From contig JBAYQP010000007.1 in the NCBI GenBank assembly GCA_041677125.1, positions 13,998-77,997 of the forward strand: a DNA stretch of 64,000 bases, given 5' to 3'. The notes beneath the pieces were generated by a model that searched no databases, had not been told where the DNA came from, and saw nothing but the letters and a program-made list of their open reading frames with translations. The stretch is from Desulfuromonadales bacterium (GTDB taxonomy: Bacteria; Desulfobacterota; Desulfuromonadia; Desulfuromonadales; JACZKF01). Each line of letters begins with the position of its first letter. Position 1 is the stretch's first letter. This document shows positions 28,197 to 37,156 of the stretch, in pieces. Both the position numbers and the translations under genes were made by a program.

Positions 28197-29477
28197 ATGA
28201 ACCCCAAGTGGAAAATCGATACCGTTGCCGTACAGGGCGGGTATGAGCCGAAAGCCGGCGAGCCGCGCATTCTGCCGATCATTCAAAGCACCACCTTCAA
28301 GTACGACAGCGCCGAACATGTGACCAAACTTTTCGACCTGGAGGAGCCGGGCTTTTTTTACACCCGTCTGGCCAATCCGACCACCGACGGGTTCGAACGC
28401 AAAATCGCCCAGATGGAGGGCGGGGTCGGGGCGCTGGCGACCTCCTCCGGTCAGGCGGCGACGACTTTGGCGATCATGAACGTCTGCCAGGCCGGCCAGC
28501 ACGTCGTTACCGCCAGCACCCTTTACGGCGGCACCTACAACCTGTTTGCGGTGACCTTGCCGAAGATGGGGATCGAGGTGACCTTCGTCGATCCCGAATT
28601 GCCGGCCGAGGAGATCAAAAAGGCCTTTAAGCCGAACACCCGCTGTCTGTTCGGCGAGACCATCGGCAATCCCGGTCTGAATATCCTCGATTTTAAAAAA
28701 TTCGCCGCCATCGCCAACGAGATGCAGACGCCGCTGATCATCGACAACACCTTCGGTACGCCGTACCTCTGCCGGCCCTTCGAGCACGGCGCGCACATCG
28801 TTATCCACTCGGCGACCAAGTATATCGATGGCCACGCCACCAGCGTCGGCGGGGTGATCGTCGACGGCGGCGTCTTCGATTGGAACTGCGGCCGCTTCCC
28901 GGAGTTGACGGAGCCGGACAGCAGCTATCACGGTCTGGAGTACGTCAAAACCTTCGGGCCGCTGGCCTACATCGTCAAGGCCCGCGTCCAGTTGATGCGC
29001 GATCTGGGCACCCCGCCGGGACCCTTCAACTCCTTCCTCTTCAACCTGGGGCTGGAGACTCTGCACCTGCGCATGCAGCGCCACAGCGAAAATGCCCTGA
29101 CGGTGGCCAAATTTCTGGAGACGCATCCGCTGGTGAACTGGGTCTGTTATCCCGGTCTGGAGAGCCATCCGACCCATGACCGGGCGCGCACGTACCTGCC
29201 CAAAGGGTGCAGCGGCGTGCTGACCTTCGGCATCAAAGGCGGTTCCCAGGCGGGACGCAAGTTCATGGAGGCGACGAAGCTGATCGCCCTGGTTGTCCAT
29301 GTCGGTGACGCCCGCAGCTGCGTCCTGCATCCGGCCAGCACCACCCATCGTCAGCTTTCCGAAGAGCAGCAGGAAGCGAGCGGCGTCAAGCCCGACCTGA
29401 TCCGCCTCTCCATCGGCATCGAGGATGCCGGCGATATCATCGCCGACATCGATCAGGCGCTGCACGCCAGCCAGTAG
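28197..29477 (+). CDS. metY: O-acetylhomoserine sulfhydrylase (aminocarboxypropyltransferase)
   Basis: ATG 28197 follows AAAGGAG. It belongs to the Cys/Met-metabolism PLP family, with the PLP-Lys motif HSATKYIDGH and an N-terminal TVAVQGGYEP. Confidence 0.9.
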   Translation: MNPKWKIDTVAVQGGYEPKAGEPRILPIIQSTTFKYDSAEHVTKLFDLEEPGFFYTRLANPTTDGFERKIAQMEGGVGALATSSGQAATTLAIMNVCQAGQHVVTASTLYGGTYNLFAVTLPKMGIEVTFVDPELPAEEIKKAFKPNTRCLFGETIGNPGLNILDFKKFAAIANEMQTPLIIDNTFGTPYLCRPFEHGAHIVIHSATKYIDGHATSVGGVIVDGGVFDWNCGRFPELTEPDSSYHGLEYVKTFGPLAYIVKARVQLMRDLGTPPGPFNSFLFNLGLETLHLRMQRHSENALTVAKFLETHPLVNWVCYPGLESHPTHDRARTYLPKGCSGVLTFGIKGGSQAGRKFMEATKLIALVVHVGDARSCVLHPASTTHRQLSEEQQEASGVKPDLIRLSIGIEDAGDIIADIDQALHASQ

Positions 29478-29512
29478 CCGGCCCGCGCAGGCGCAACCTC
29501 CCAGCAAAAAGA

Positions 29513-29550
29513 AAATCGCCGCTTCCGACTCTGTTCGGGCGGCGGTTTTT
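29513..29550 (+). terminator. Rho-independent terminator after metY
   Basis: AAATCGCCGC ... GCGGCGGTTTTT: a long interrupted hairpin followed by a T-run. Confidence 0.65.
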
Positions 29551-29709
29551 CCATTTACGGCCCGAATAACCTGCGGGTAGCTTTAAGCAGAGAGCGTACA
29601 CTTTGTTCGATTATTCATAGACTTAGCTAATTTCATCCGCCGTCATTAGACTTTCTCCTGTGACAATTTGCAGAACTCGCCGCCGAAGCTGCTCCTTCCC
29701 TGCGGTGGT

Positions 29710-29730
29710 GGAAATTTTAATTCAATTTCC
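29710..29730. promoter_or_regulatory. Inverted repeat GGAAATT-N7-AATTTCC, a candidate enhancer (UAS) site
   Basis: Perfect 7-bp arms located ~150 bp upstream of the sigma54-like element at 29871. Confidence 0.25.
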
Positions 29731-29870
29731 CCCTTATCCGAAAACTCATAACCCCCGCCTCATCCGTCTCGGTTCCACGCAAATAAATTCAACCAGATAG
29801 CAACCATCCTTGCTCCCGGCAAATTAAGAAAAGCAACGAAAAAACAGCATCTTCCCGCTCCAGCGGCTCT

Positions 29871-29886
29871 TGGCATCGTACTGGCA
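29871..29886 (+). promoter_or_regulatory. Candidate sigma54 (-24/-12) promoter of the large lipoprotein gene
   Basis: TGGCAT-cgtac-TGGCA has the correct GG-N10-GC spacing. It lies 63 nt upstream of ATG 29949. Confidence 0.4.
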
Positions 29887-29948
29887 GAACGGCCTCCTGC
29901 CAGCCGATTGGGCGGCAATTAAATGAGCAATCTTCAAAGGAGCAAAGA

Positions 29949-32900
29949 ATGACGCAACACAAATTACGACTATCTGGAATTCTGCTATGTATCTCATTTA
30001 TTTTGAGCATCCTGCCCGGATGCGGCGGAGGCGGCGGGAGCGGCGGACATGACAGCGCCGGACCGGAGGCGTCGGTTTCTTCCGGCGTTGCCGTCGATCC
30101 CTATATCGCCGGGGCGATTTTCGAAGAAGTGCCAGAAAATGGCGGCGCGCCGCTACAGGAATCGAGCCCTTCCGACGCCCAGGGGCGCTTCGCCTTTGGC
30201 CAAGCCCTGACCTCCGGCTCCCTGGTGCGGATGAAGGCCGGCCACCAGGGCAAGCACAATGGGACGCCCTTCAACGGCATCCTGAAAAGGATTGTGGACA
30301 AGGAGGGTGAACTGGTGGTTTCGCCGCTGACCACTCTGCTGGCCAACGGCTTTTCCCCCAGGGAGATTTTGTCGGTCCTCGGGGACGCCGGCCTGACCGG
30401 GTTGACCCCGGCCGATCTGTTTGCCGATCCGATGGCGGGAATGCATGGGGCCAGCCTACCGAATGGTCAGGCGCTGACGCGTTTGCAGACGAACATGGGG
30501 ATCAACGCATTTCTGGCCCTGAATGAAAACTATGCCATGTCGGCGGAAGCCATCGTGGCTAATCAGGACCGGCTGGCCGCCATGGTCGCCATGGTCGGGA
30601 CAGTTCTCAGCCCGGAGAAATTCGATGGGGCGATGGCCGATCCGCAGGCGGCGGCCACCCTCCCGGCCGAAGAACGCTCTGGCCTGTTTCTCCAGGCAAC
30701 CGTTTCGGTTATTGACGAAGTAGTAAAAGCTCTCAAGGCGGACAGCACTCTCGATCCGGTGATCGAAGCCGAATATCTGACGGCCGCCATCCCTGAATTG
30801 ATGTTGTTCTACTACGCTCAGGACAACCGGGGAGATCAACTGGTGGAGGATGCCATCGCCACCGGCACGCTTCCCGATGTGCAGGAAGACGAGGCCCCGG
30901 TCATCCTGATGGCCAAATGGTCCAAGAAGCCCGGCAAAGGCATCGGCAGGAACAAGCCGCCGGTCGCCGACGCCGGCGCCGGTCAGAACATTGTCGTCGG
31001 CGACAGGGTGCAGCTGAACGGTTCCGCCAGCTACGATAAAGATGGCGGCGCGCTGACCTATAAGTGGACTCTGTCGGCCAGGCCGGCGGGGAGCAGAGCA
31101 ACGCTGGCCAACCGGACGGCGATCAACCCAACCTTTGTCGCCGATCTCGCCGGCGTTTATAAGGCCACCCTGGTGGTGAACGACGGCACCTTCGACAGCG
31201 GGTCGAGCGTGGTGAGGATTATCGCCGCTGCCGGCAACGTTCCGCCGGTGGCCAAGGCGGGCGGCGATCAGCAGGTTCTTGTCGGCGCCGTGGCGACCCT
31301 CAATGGTTCCGCCAGCACCGACGCCGACGGCGATGCGCTGACCTACAGCTGGAACTTCATCTCCCGCCCGGCCGGCAGTGCCGCCACCCTCTCCAATTCC
31401 GCCGCGGTCGCGCCCACCTTTGCGACCGATGTGGCCGGAAACTATGTGATCAGCCTGGTGGTCAACGACGGGCAGGCTGACAGCGGCATCGATCAGGTCA
31501 CCGTCGCCGCCGTCATGGGCAATCTCCCCCCGGTCGCCGACGCCGGAACCGCGCAGGAAGTGGACGCCGGCGAGCAGGTCGTTCTCGACGGGCGCGGCAG
31601 CAGCGATCCCGATGGCGATTCTCTCACCTACAAATGGTCCCTCGCCGCCAAGCCCGCCGGCAGCGCCGCCGTCCTCAGCAATCCGGCCTCCGCCCAGCCG
31701 ACCTTCATCGCCGACCGGGCCGGCGCCTACGTGGCCAGCCTGATCGTCAATGACGGCAAAGGGGACAGCAACCCGGCAAACGTCAGCATTACGGCGATTG
31801 CACCGGTGGTTATCGATCCGACGCCGACGCCCGAGCCGGTGGCGTATGCAGCGCCGGTTCTGGAATCCGTCGAGATCAACGGCACCAGCTGGATTCTCGA
31901 CTGGTCGCAGCCGGGTGAAATGCCTACTGGTGGTTATGACATCTGGATCGACGGTGCGGATTCCGGCACGGCCAACAGAACGACCCAGTTCAATACCGTT
32001 ATCGACGGACTGACTGCGGGTGTAGAGCACTGTTTCGAGGTTGAGGGGCGGTTTTTGCAGACCAGCCCGACGCAGTATCCCCGATCCAGTAAAGTGTGTG
32101 CGACCTCTGGGGTAGTCAACCCGGAGCCGACTCCCACGCCGACTCCGACGCCCACGCCCACACCTAAACCGAGTGGCCCGGCTAAAGCATTTCCCGGCGC
32201 TCAAGGTTTTGGTTCGGATACCGTGGCTGGCCGCGGCGGAAAAATAATTAAAGTCACCAACCTGAATGATAGTGGCCCCGGATCCCTTCGGGAAGCTGTC
32301 GGTGCTTCCGGTTCGCGGATTATCGTTTTCGAAGTGAGTGGCCGTATAGACCTCAAATCGAATTTGTCCGTAAGTAATCCATATATAACAATCGCCGGCC
32401 AAACGGCACCGGCCCCCGGAATTATGATTACGGGACGCACCTTCATTGTTCGAACCCATGATGTTCTGGTTCAGCACGTTTCAATTCGCGTTGGCGATGA
32501 GGGAAAGGTGGCGGATGGTACCTGGAATTCCACCGATGCCATCCAGATCACCGGCGCCGGTGCCTACAATATCGTTTTCGATCATGTTTCAGCGAGTTGG
32601 TCCATCGATGAGATAGTTGGCATCGGCTACGGCATCAAGGACATAACTTTCAGCAACTGCCTGTTTGCCGAAGGGTTGCAGAAGAGCGTTCATACGAAAG
32701 GCGCCCATGGGTACGGCACTCTCTTGGCCGATAATAGCACTCGCCTAAGCCTGATAGGCAACCTTCTGGCTCATGTTTCCCAGCGAATGCCGCGTATCGC
32801 CGGGGCCTCCGTTCTGCTGGCAAATAATGTATTTTATAATAAAGGTGGTGGTGATTTCTGTGGTATTGGCAGCGGAGATGCTGGACTCCCGTCCTATGTG

Positions 32901-33377
32901 ACGGCCGTTGGGAATCTCTTCCTTGAAGGGCCAAGCGGTGTCCCTGGAAAAGCAATAGCTGAGAGCAGCAGCCAAATCGTTTCCGGTTCGGCGATTTACC
33001 AGAAAGATAATGCTTATCCCGGTGGTGTAGTTTTTAGCGGCCGCCATGCCGTAAGCGCGCCGCCAACCAACACTTGGATCAGCGGCTTTGATTACTTGCG
33101 CGATCCTGTTGGAACCGTCAAGGCGACGGTTATGGCGAATGTGGGGGCGCGTCCTGCCGCCCGCGATGCCGTGGACAAGCGATTAATCAATGATCTGGCA
33201 AATAAAACCGGTCGTTTGATTAACAGTCAGGATGATGTCGGCGGATTTCCGGTGCTTGCGAAAAATACACGTTTCTTCAATGCCGGATCCAATCCCAATG
33301 GTGACGACGATGGCGACGGCTACACCAACATCGAGGATATATTGCACGATATGGCTGCGGCTGTAGAAGGACGCTAG
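29949..33377 (+). CDS. Multidomain surface lipoprotein: novel N-terminal region + 3 PKD/Ig-like repeats + FN3-like module + PT linker + pectate-lyase-fold (beta-helix) domain
   Basis: It has a signal peptide with lipobox LSILPG|C and 3 x ~94-aa repeats (PPVADAG...LNGSAS.D.DGD.LTY.W...RPAGS...NDG). A (PT)7 linker follows. The C-terminal ~395 aa is homologous to the next gene (GQTAPAPGIM.TG, IRVGDEG, SASWSIDE) and ends in an NPNGDDDGDGYTN calcium-binding-type motif. Confidence 0.8.
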   Translation: MTQHKLRLSGILLCISFILSILPGCGGGGGSGGHDSAGPEASVSSGVAVDPYIAGAIFEEVPENGGAPLQESSPSDAQGRFAFGQALTSGSLVRMKAGHQGKHNGTPFNGILKRIVDKEGELVVSPLTTLLANGFSPREILSVLGDAGLTGLTPADLFADPMAGMHGASLPNGQALTRLQTNMGINAFLALNENYAMSAEAIVANQDRLAAMVAMVGTVLSPEKFDGAMADPQAAATLPAEERSGLFLQATVSVIDEVVKALKADSTLDPVIEAEYLTAAIPELMLFYYAQDNRGDQLVEDAIATGTLPDVQEDEAPVILMAKWSKKPGKGIGRNKPPVADAGAGQNIVVGDRVQLNGSASYDKDGGALTYKWTLSARPAGSRATLANRTAINPTFVADLAGVYKATLVVNDGTFDSGSSVVRIIAAAGNVPPVAKAGGDQQVLVGAVATLNGSASTDADGDALTYSWNFISRPAGSAATLSNSAAVAPTFATDVAGNYVISLVVNDGQADSGIDQVTVAAVMGNLPPVADAGTAQEVDAGEQVVLDGRGSSDPDGDSLTYKWSLAAKPAGSAAVLSNPASAQPTFIADRAGAYVASLIVNDGKGDSNPANVSITAIAPVVIDPTPTPEPVAYAAPVLESVEINGTSWILDWSQPGEMPTGGYDIWIDGADSGTANRTTQFNTVIDGLTAGVEHCFEVEGRFLQTSPTQYPRSSKVCATSGVVNPEPTPTPTPTPTPTPKPSGPAKAFPGAQGFGSDTVAGRGGKIIKVTNLNDSGPGSLREAVGASGSRIIVFEVSGRIDLKSNLSVSNPYITIAGQTAPAPGIMITGRTFIVRTHDVLVQHVSIRVGDEGKVADGTWNSTDAIQITGAGAYNIVFDHVSASWSIDEIVGIGYGIKDITFSNCLFAEGLQKSVHTKGAHGYGTLLADNSTRLSLIGNLLAHVSQRMPRIAGASVLLANNVFYNKGGGDFCGIGSGDAGLPSYVTAVGNLFLEGPSGVPGKAIAESSSQIVSGSAIYQKDNAYPGGVVFSGRHAVSAPPTNTWISGFDYLRDPVGTVKATVMANVGARPAARDAVDKRLINDLANKTGRLINSQDDVGGFPVLAKNTRFFNAGSNPNGDDDGDGYTNIEDILHDMAAAVEGR
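30957..31805 (+). repeat. Three tandem ~282-bp coding repeats (PKD/Ig-like modules)
   Basis: They cover aa 337-430, 431-525 and 526-619 of the lipoprotein and share the same motif skeleton. Confidence 0.85.
32127..32165 (+). repeat. Imperfect CCN-ACN hexanucleotide repeat encoding the (Pro-Thr)n linker
   Basis: ccgactcccacgccgactccgacgcccacgcccacacct encodes PTPTPTPTPTPTP. It coincides with the G+C drop inside the gene. Confidence 0.85.
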
Positions 33378-33402
33378 CCTTTTGTTGGATGTTGCAATCA
33401 GT

Positions 33403-33433
33403 GGCACGCCCTTAGGGGCGTGCCTTTTTTTTT
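33403..33433 (+). terminator. Rho-independent terminator after the lipoprotein gene
   Basis: Stem GGCACGCCC/GGGCGTGCC with a 4-nt loop, followed by T9. Confidence 0.85.
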
Positions 33434-33532
33434 GCGCCTTCGCCTTTCTGGAAAGTTTGTTTTTGCGCGAGGCTGGCCGGTGCGGAGACCCGAATCCTTG
33501 CCAAAAACCGTACCCGTGTTAATTTTCTCCTA

Positions 33533-33548
33533 GGGTATGAAATTTGCG
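33533..33548 (+). promoter_or_regulatory. Candidate sigma54 (-24/-12) promoter of the stand-alone lyase-fold gene
   Basis: GGGTAT-gaaat-TTGCG has GG-N10-GC spacing and a TTGC -12 element. It lies 34 nt upstream of ATG 33582. Confidence 0.4.
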
Positions 33549-33581
33549 AAATAAATGCCCGATTTCGAGGAGAGGCCGAAG

Positions 33582-34862
33582 ATGGGCATTCGCGGGAAAT
33601 TTTTATTTTTTCTCTTCCTGATTATCTCGATAAGTGGCAATGGCAAGGCCGAGGGTTCCGGCGGATCGCTGCCAGTGCTGCCGAATGCGCAGGGTTTTGG
33701 CATTTTTACACCTGCTGGGCGTGGGGGGCGCGTGCTCAGAGTGGTTAATCTGAAGGACAGTGGTCTGGGTTCGTTACGGTCTGCGGTTGAGGCTAACGGT
33801 CCGCGGACCATTATTTTTGAAGTTAGTGGCCGAATCGATCTCAAATCAAAATTAATTGTTGAAAAACCGTATGTAACGATTGCAGGACAAACGGCTCCAG
33901 CCCCAGGGATCATGCTTACGGGTCAGACATTCGCAGTAAAAACGCATGATGTATTGGTACAGCATCTTTCAATTCGTGTCGGCGACGAAGGAAAACTGGC
34001 GGACGGAAGTTGGGATTCCTCCGATTCCATCCAAATCACCGGTCCAAACACCTACAATGTTGTTTTTGACCACATCTCAGCAAGTTGGTCCATTGATGAA
34101 ATTGTTGGCGTAGGCTATGGAGCAAGAGATATTACATTGCAGAATTGCCTATTCGGTGAAGGTTTGCAGAAAAGCGTGCATTCAAAGGGGGCTCACGGCT
34201 ACGGAATCCTATTGGCCGATAGAGGCGCCCGAATTTGCCTGATTGGCAACCTTCTGGCCCATGTTTCCGCAAGACTTCCGCGTATCGCCGGAACTTCTGC
34301 TTTGCTGGTCAACAATATTTTCTACAACAAAGGCGGGAGGGATTTTTCCGGAATCGGCAGCGGTGATGCCGGCCTTCCGTCCTTCGTATCGGGAGTTGCC
34401 AATCTGTTTCTTGATGGACCAAATGGAAGGAAAGGAACTGCTTTCGTCGAGATCGCCAACCAGATTGTCCCAGGCTCGCAAATTTACGAATCTGAAAATG
34501 CCTATCCTGGTGGCACCCTATACGATGGTTCTCATGGCTCATTAACTCCGCCAGAGAACACATGGATTCCTGGTTTAATGTATCTGTGGGCCCCTGCTCA
34601 AATTAAATTCTCGGTCTTACGAAATGCCGGCGCTCGTCCCCTTGCGCGCGATGCAGTTGACTCGCGCATTATCGACGATGTGGGGCGAGGGACTGGCAGG
34701 CTTATCGACTCGCAGGAAGATGTCGGAGGATTTCCAGATTTAGCTCAAAATCGTCGTTTCTTCGATGCTGGCCCAAACCCGAACAGTGACGATAATGGCA
34801 ATGGTTACACCAATTTGGAAGAAATTTTACACCGATTGGCGGCAGAAATCGAAGGCCGATAA
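33582..34862 (+). CDS. Secreted pectate-lyase-fold (right-handed beta-helix) protein, paralogue of the lipoprotein C-terminal domain
   Basis: ATG 33582 follows GAGGAG. It has a signal peptide, MGIRGKFLFFLFLIISISGNGKAEG. By hand count, 74 of the first 100 aligned residues are identical to aa ~751-850 of the upstream protein. Confidence 0.75.
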   Translation: MGIRGKFLFFLFLIISISGNGKAEGSGGSLPVLPNAQGFGIFTPAGRGGRVLRVVNLKDSGLGSLRSAVEANGPRTIIFEVSGRIDLKSKLIVEKPYVTIAGQTAPAPGIMLTGQTFAVKTHDVLVQHLSIRVGDEGKLADGSWDSSDSIQITGPNTYNVVFDHISASWSIDEIVGVGYGARDITLQNCLFGEGLQKSVHSKGAHGYGILLADRGARICLIGNLLAHVSARLPRIAGTSALLVNNIFYNKGGRDFSGIGSGDAGLPSFVSGVANLFLDGPNGRKGTAFVEIANQIVPGSQIYESENAYPGGTLYDGSHGSLTPPENTWIPGLMYLWAPAQIKFSVLRNAGARPLARDAVDSRIIDDVGRGTGRLIDSQEDVGGFPDLAQNRRFFDAGPNPNSDDNGNGYTNLEEILHRLAAEIEGR

Positions 34863-35102
34863 CACATTAACGTCAGTATTTTAATCCTTTCCTTTCGCCT
34901 TAGCCGTAATACTTTCCTCTCCTGAATCGAAACTTTAGTTCAATTGCAATCCGTTAGATAATATTTACTTTTTGGTCTGATGCTAATCGGGGTCCACTCA
35001 TCTGGGATTTGTCGCTGTGATGATTGTTGCTGTAATGCCTCTTCAAACTCGCGTCGCAGGCCAATATCAAACTTAATCTAAAGCCAAGTACTGGAAGGTT
35101 TT

Positions 35103-36032
35103 ATGCCGCCGAGAGTTTCAGTAATTATCCCTGCATTCAACGTCGAAGACTATATCGAGGCTGCGGTCTCCTCAGCCCTGATGCAAACAGAGCCCGATAT
35201 CGAAGTTTTGGTCGCCGACGATGGTTCCACCGATGGCACCGCGCAACGATTAATGCAAATTGCCGATCCCCGTTTTCACTTTTTCCTCGGGGATTGTAAT
35301 CGTGGCCCAAGTAACGCTCGGAACCGGGCTCTGAGCTTGGCAACGGGGGAGTGGATTGCTTTTTTAGATGCGGACGACTGGTATGCGCCGAACCGTTTGG
35401 AGATTCTTCTGAAAACGGCGGCGACGCAGAAAACGGTTATGGTGGCCGATGATATATACCGCATCGGTCATCCAAAGCACAGTGGCGCATGGTCGAAATT
35501 GGCCAGATGCAGGCCAAAAAACAGTCTGGAAACACTGGATGCCGCGCGTTTTCTTGCCCTGGATTGCGGGGTGCAACCGGTTATCAAAAGGGATTTTTTG
35601 CACTGTCACGGCATTAAGTTTGACGAAAGCTGCTGTCATGGCGAGGACACGCTTTTTCTTCTGGAATGCTTCCTTGCAGGAGGGCGCCTGGCCCTGCATC
35701 CGGAGGCGTTTTACTACTATCGATGGCGTCCCGATTCGCTGACGGTGCGCAAGATGGAAGCGCTTGAGCAGCGACGAAAGATCTCTCTCGCTCTGCTTGG
35801 CCGTCCATCAATCCGCAACGATCCGGCTATCAAGCTTCTTTTGCAAAAGCGTCTTGCAAGGACAGAGGAGTGGATCTGGTTTTCTAGGATTAGCGATCTT
35901 GTAAAGGAAGGTAATCTCAGACAGGCGTTTCTGCTCGGACTCAGACGCCCTTACCTGATAGCCACCCTTGGCAAAGCGACCTCAAAATTTCTAAGGCATC
36001 GTGTATGGGAACGCATGAAAGCCAATTTCTGA
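35103..36032 (+). CDS. Glycosyltransferase family 2
   Basis: Contains VSVIIPAFNVEDYI, ADDGSTDGT and the FLDADD (DxD) motif. Confidence 0.85.
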   Translation: MPPRVSVIIPAFNVEDYIEAAVSSALMQTEPDIEVLVADDGSTDGTAQRLMQIADPRFHFFLGDCNRGPSNARNRALSLATGEWIAFLDADDWYAPNRLEILLKTAATQKTVMVADDIYRIGHPKHSGAWSKLARCRPKNSLETLDAARFLALDCGVQPVIKRDFLHCHGIKFDESCCHGEDTLFLLECFLAGGRLALHPEAFYYYRWRPDSLTVRKMEALEQRRKISLALLGRPSIRNDPAIKLLLQKRLARTEEWIWFSRISDLVKEGNLRQAFLLGLRRPYLIATLGKATSKFLRHRVWERMKANF

Positions 36033-37156
36033 GTGCTCGCCCTCACTCCGGGAATAAGCGAGTAGCTCTTTTTCTCCCTACTCTCGGCGGGGGAGGGGCC
36101 GAACGGGTCATGCTGACCTTGGCGGGGGCGATAGCGGAGCGAGGATATGCTGTTGACCTTGTGGTTGCCGGCGCAGCAGGGCCGTTGAGAACTGAGGTTC
36201 CCGCATTTGTACGGCTTATCGATCTTGGCTGTTCGCGGGTTCTGGCGAGCCTCCCGGGGCTGGTGCGTTACCTGCGCAAGGTGCGCCCCGATGGGCTACT
36301 CTCCACTCTCGCCCATGCAAACCTGGTGGCGCTTTGGGCGGGACGGATCGCCCGCATACCGGTCCGGATCGTCATTCGTGAGGCAACAACCACCTCCCAG
36401 GTTCCCACCAACGCCGTCCCTTTGCGCAGCCGACTGGTTCCTTATTTGGTCCGACGCTTTTATCCGGCCGCGAGCGCGATTGTTGCCGTATCGGAGGGAG
36501 TGGCCGCAGATCTGGTTCAGCGTTCTGGATTGCCGCAGGGGCGGGTCGAAGTCATCTACAATCCCGTCATCTCCACCGATTTATTGGCCAGAGCCGAACA
36601 GCAGATCCATCACCCTTGGTTTGCCCCCGATGCGCCACCGGTGATTCTGAGTGTCGGGCGGCTTACTCGGGCCAAGGATTATCCGACTCTGATACGGGCT
36701 TTCTCTCTCGTGCGGAAAAAACGCAAGGCGCGCCTGATGATTTTGGGGGAAGGGGAGGAGCGTGGGAGACTCGAATTATTGGTTCGGTCGCTCGGGATGG
36801 TTTGCGAAGTCGATTTGCCGGGGTTTGTCCCCAACCCATTTCCCTATATGCGCAAGGCGGCTGTTTTCGCGCTTTCGTCCGCCTGGGAGGGCCTCCCCAA
36901 CGCCCTTATTCAGGCTTTGGCGCTGGGCACCCCGGTGGTGGCAACGGATTGCAAGAGCGGTCCCCGGGAAGTCCTCCAAGGGGGATTCTTGGGGGACCTG
37001 GTGCCGGTAGGCAAGCCGGAGCTAATGGCCGACGCGATCGGTAGGACGCTTCTCAACCCGAGACAGACGGAAAGAAAGGGCCTGGAGCGCTTTCATCGCG
37101 AAACCATAACAGAGGCCTATCTTGGATTAATACTGGGGGACAGGGCGCATGGGTAA
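36005..37156 (+). CDS. Glycosyltransferase family 4 (GT-B)
   Basis: Contains FLPTLGGGGAERV and the EX7E region SSAWEGLPNALIQALALGTPVVATD. It overlaps the GT2 gene by 28 nt. Confidence 0.85.
   Translation: MGTHESQFLSARPHSGNKRVALFLPTLGGGGAERVMLTLAGAIAERGYAVDLVVAGAAGPLRTEVPAFVRLIDLGCSRVLASLPGLVRYLRKVRPDGLLSTLAHANLVALWAGRIARIPVRIVIREATTTSQVPTNAVPLRSRLVPYLVRRFYPAASAIVAVSEGVAADLVQRSGLPQGRVEVIYNPVISTDLLARAEQQIHHPWFAPDAPPVILSVGRLTRAKDYPTLIRAFSLVRKKRKARLMILGEGEERGRLELLVRSLGMVCEVDLPGFVPNPFPYMRKAAVFALSSAWEGLPNALIQALALGTPVVATDCKSGPREVLQGGFLGDLVPVGKPELMADAIGRTLLNPRQTERKGLERFHRETITEAYLGLILGDRAHG

Noticed and set aside
29560-29948. c-di-GMP/cGAMP (GEMM-I) riboswitch upstream of the extracellular lipoprotein, as is common in Geobacter
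   Set aside because: An ACGCAAA...CCCGGC resemblance is present, but the GGCAAACC / GNRA-tetraloop-receptor architecture is not. The region is better explained by a sigma54 promoter plus an upstream palindrome.
32127-32165. Short periodic repeat that could be mistaken for a CRISPR or microsatellite locus
   Set aside because: It is in frame inside a long ORF and encodes a Pro-Thr interdomain linker. There are no spacers and no cas genes.
30456-32477. 673-aa ORF antisense to the PKD-repeat lipoprotein gene
   Set aside because: Its repetitiveness only mirrors the sense-strand PKD repeats. The sense frame has a lipobox signal peptide, coherent domains, a promoter and a terminator.
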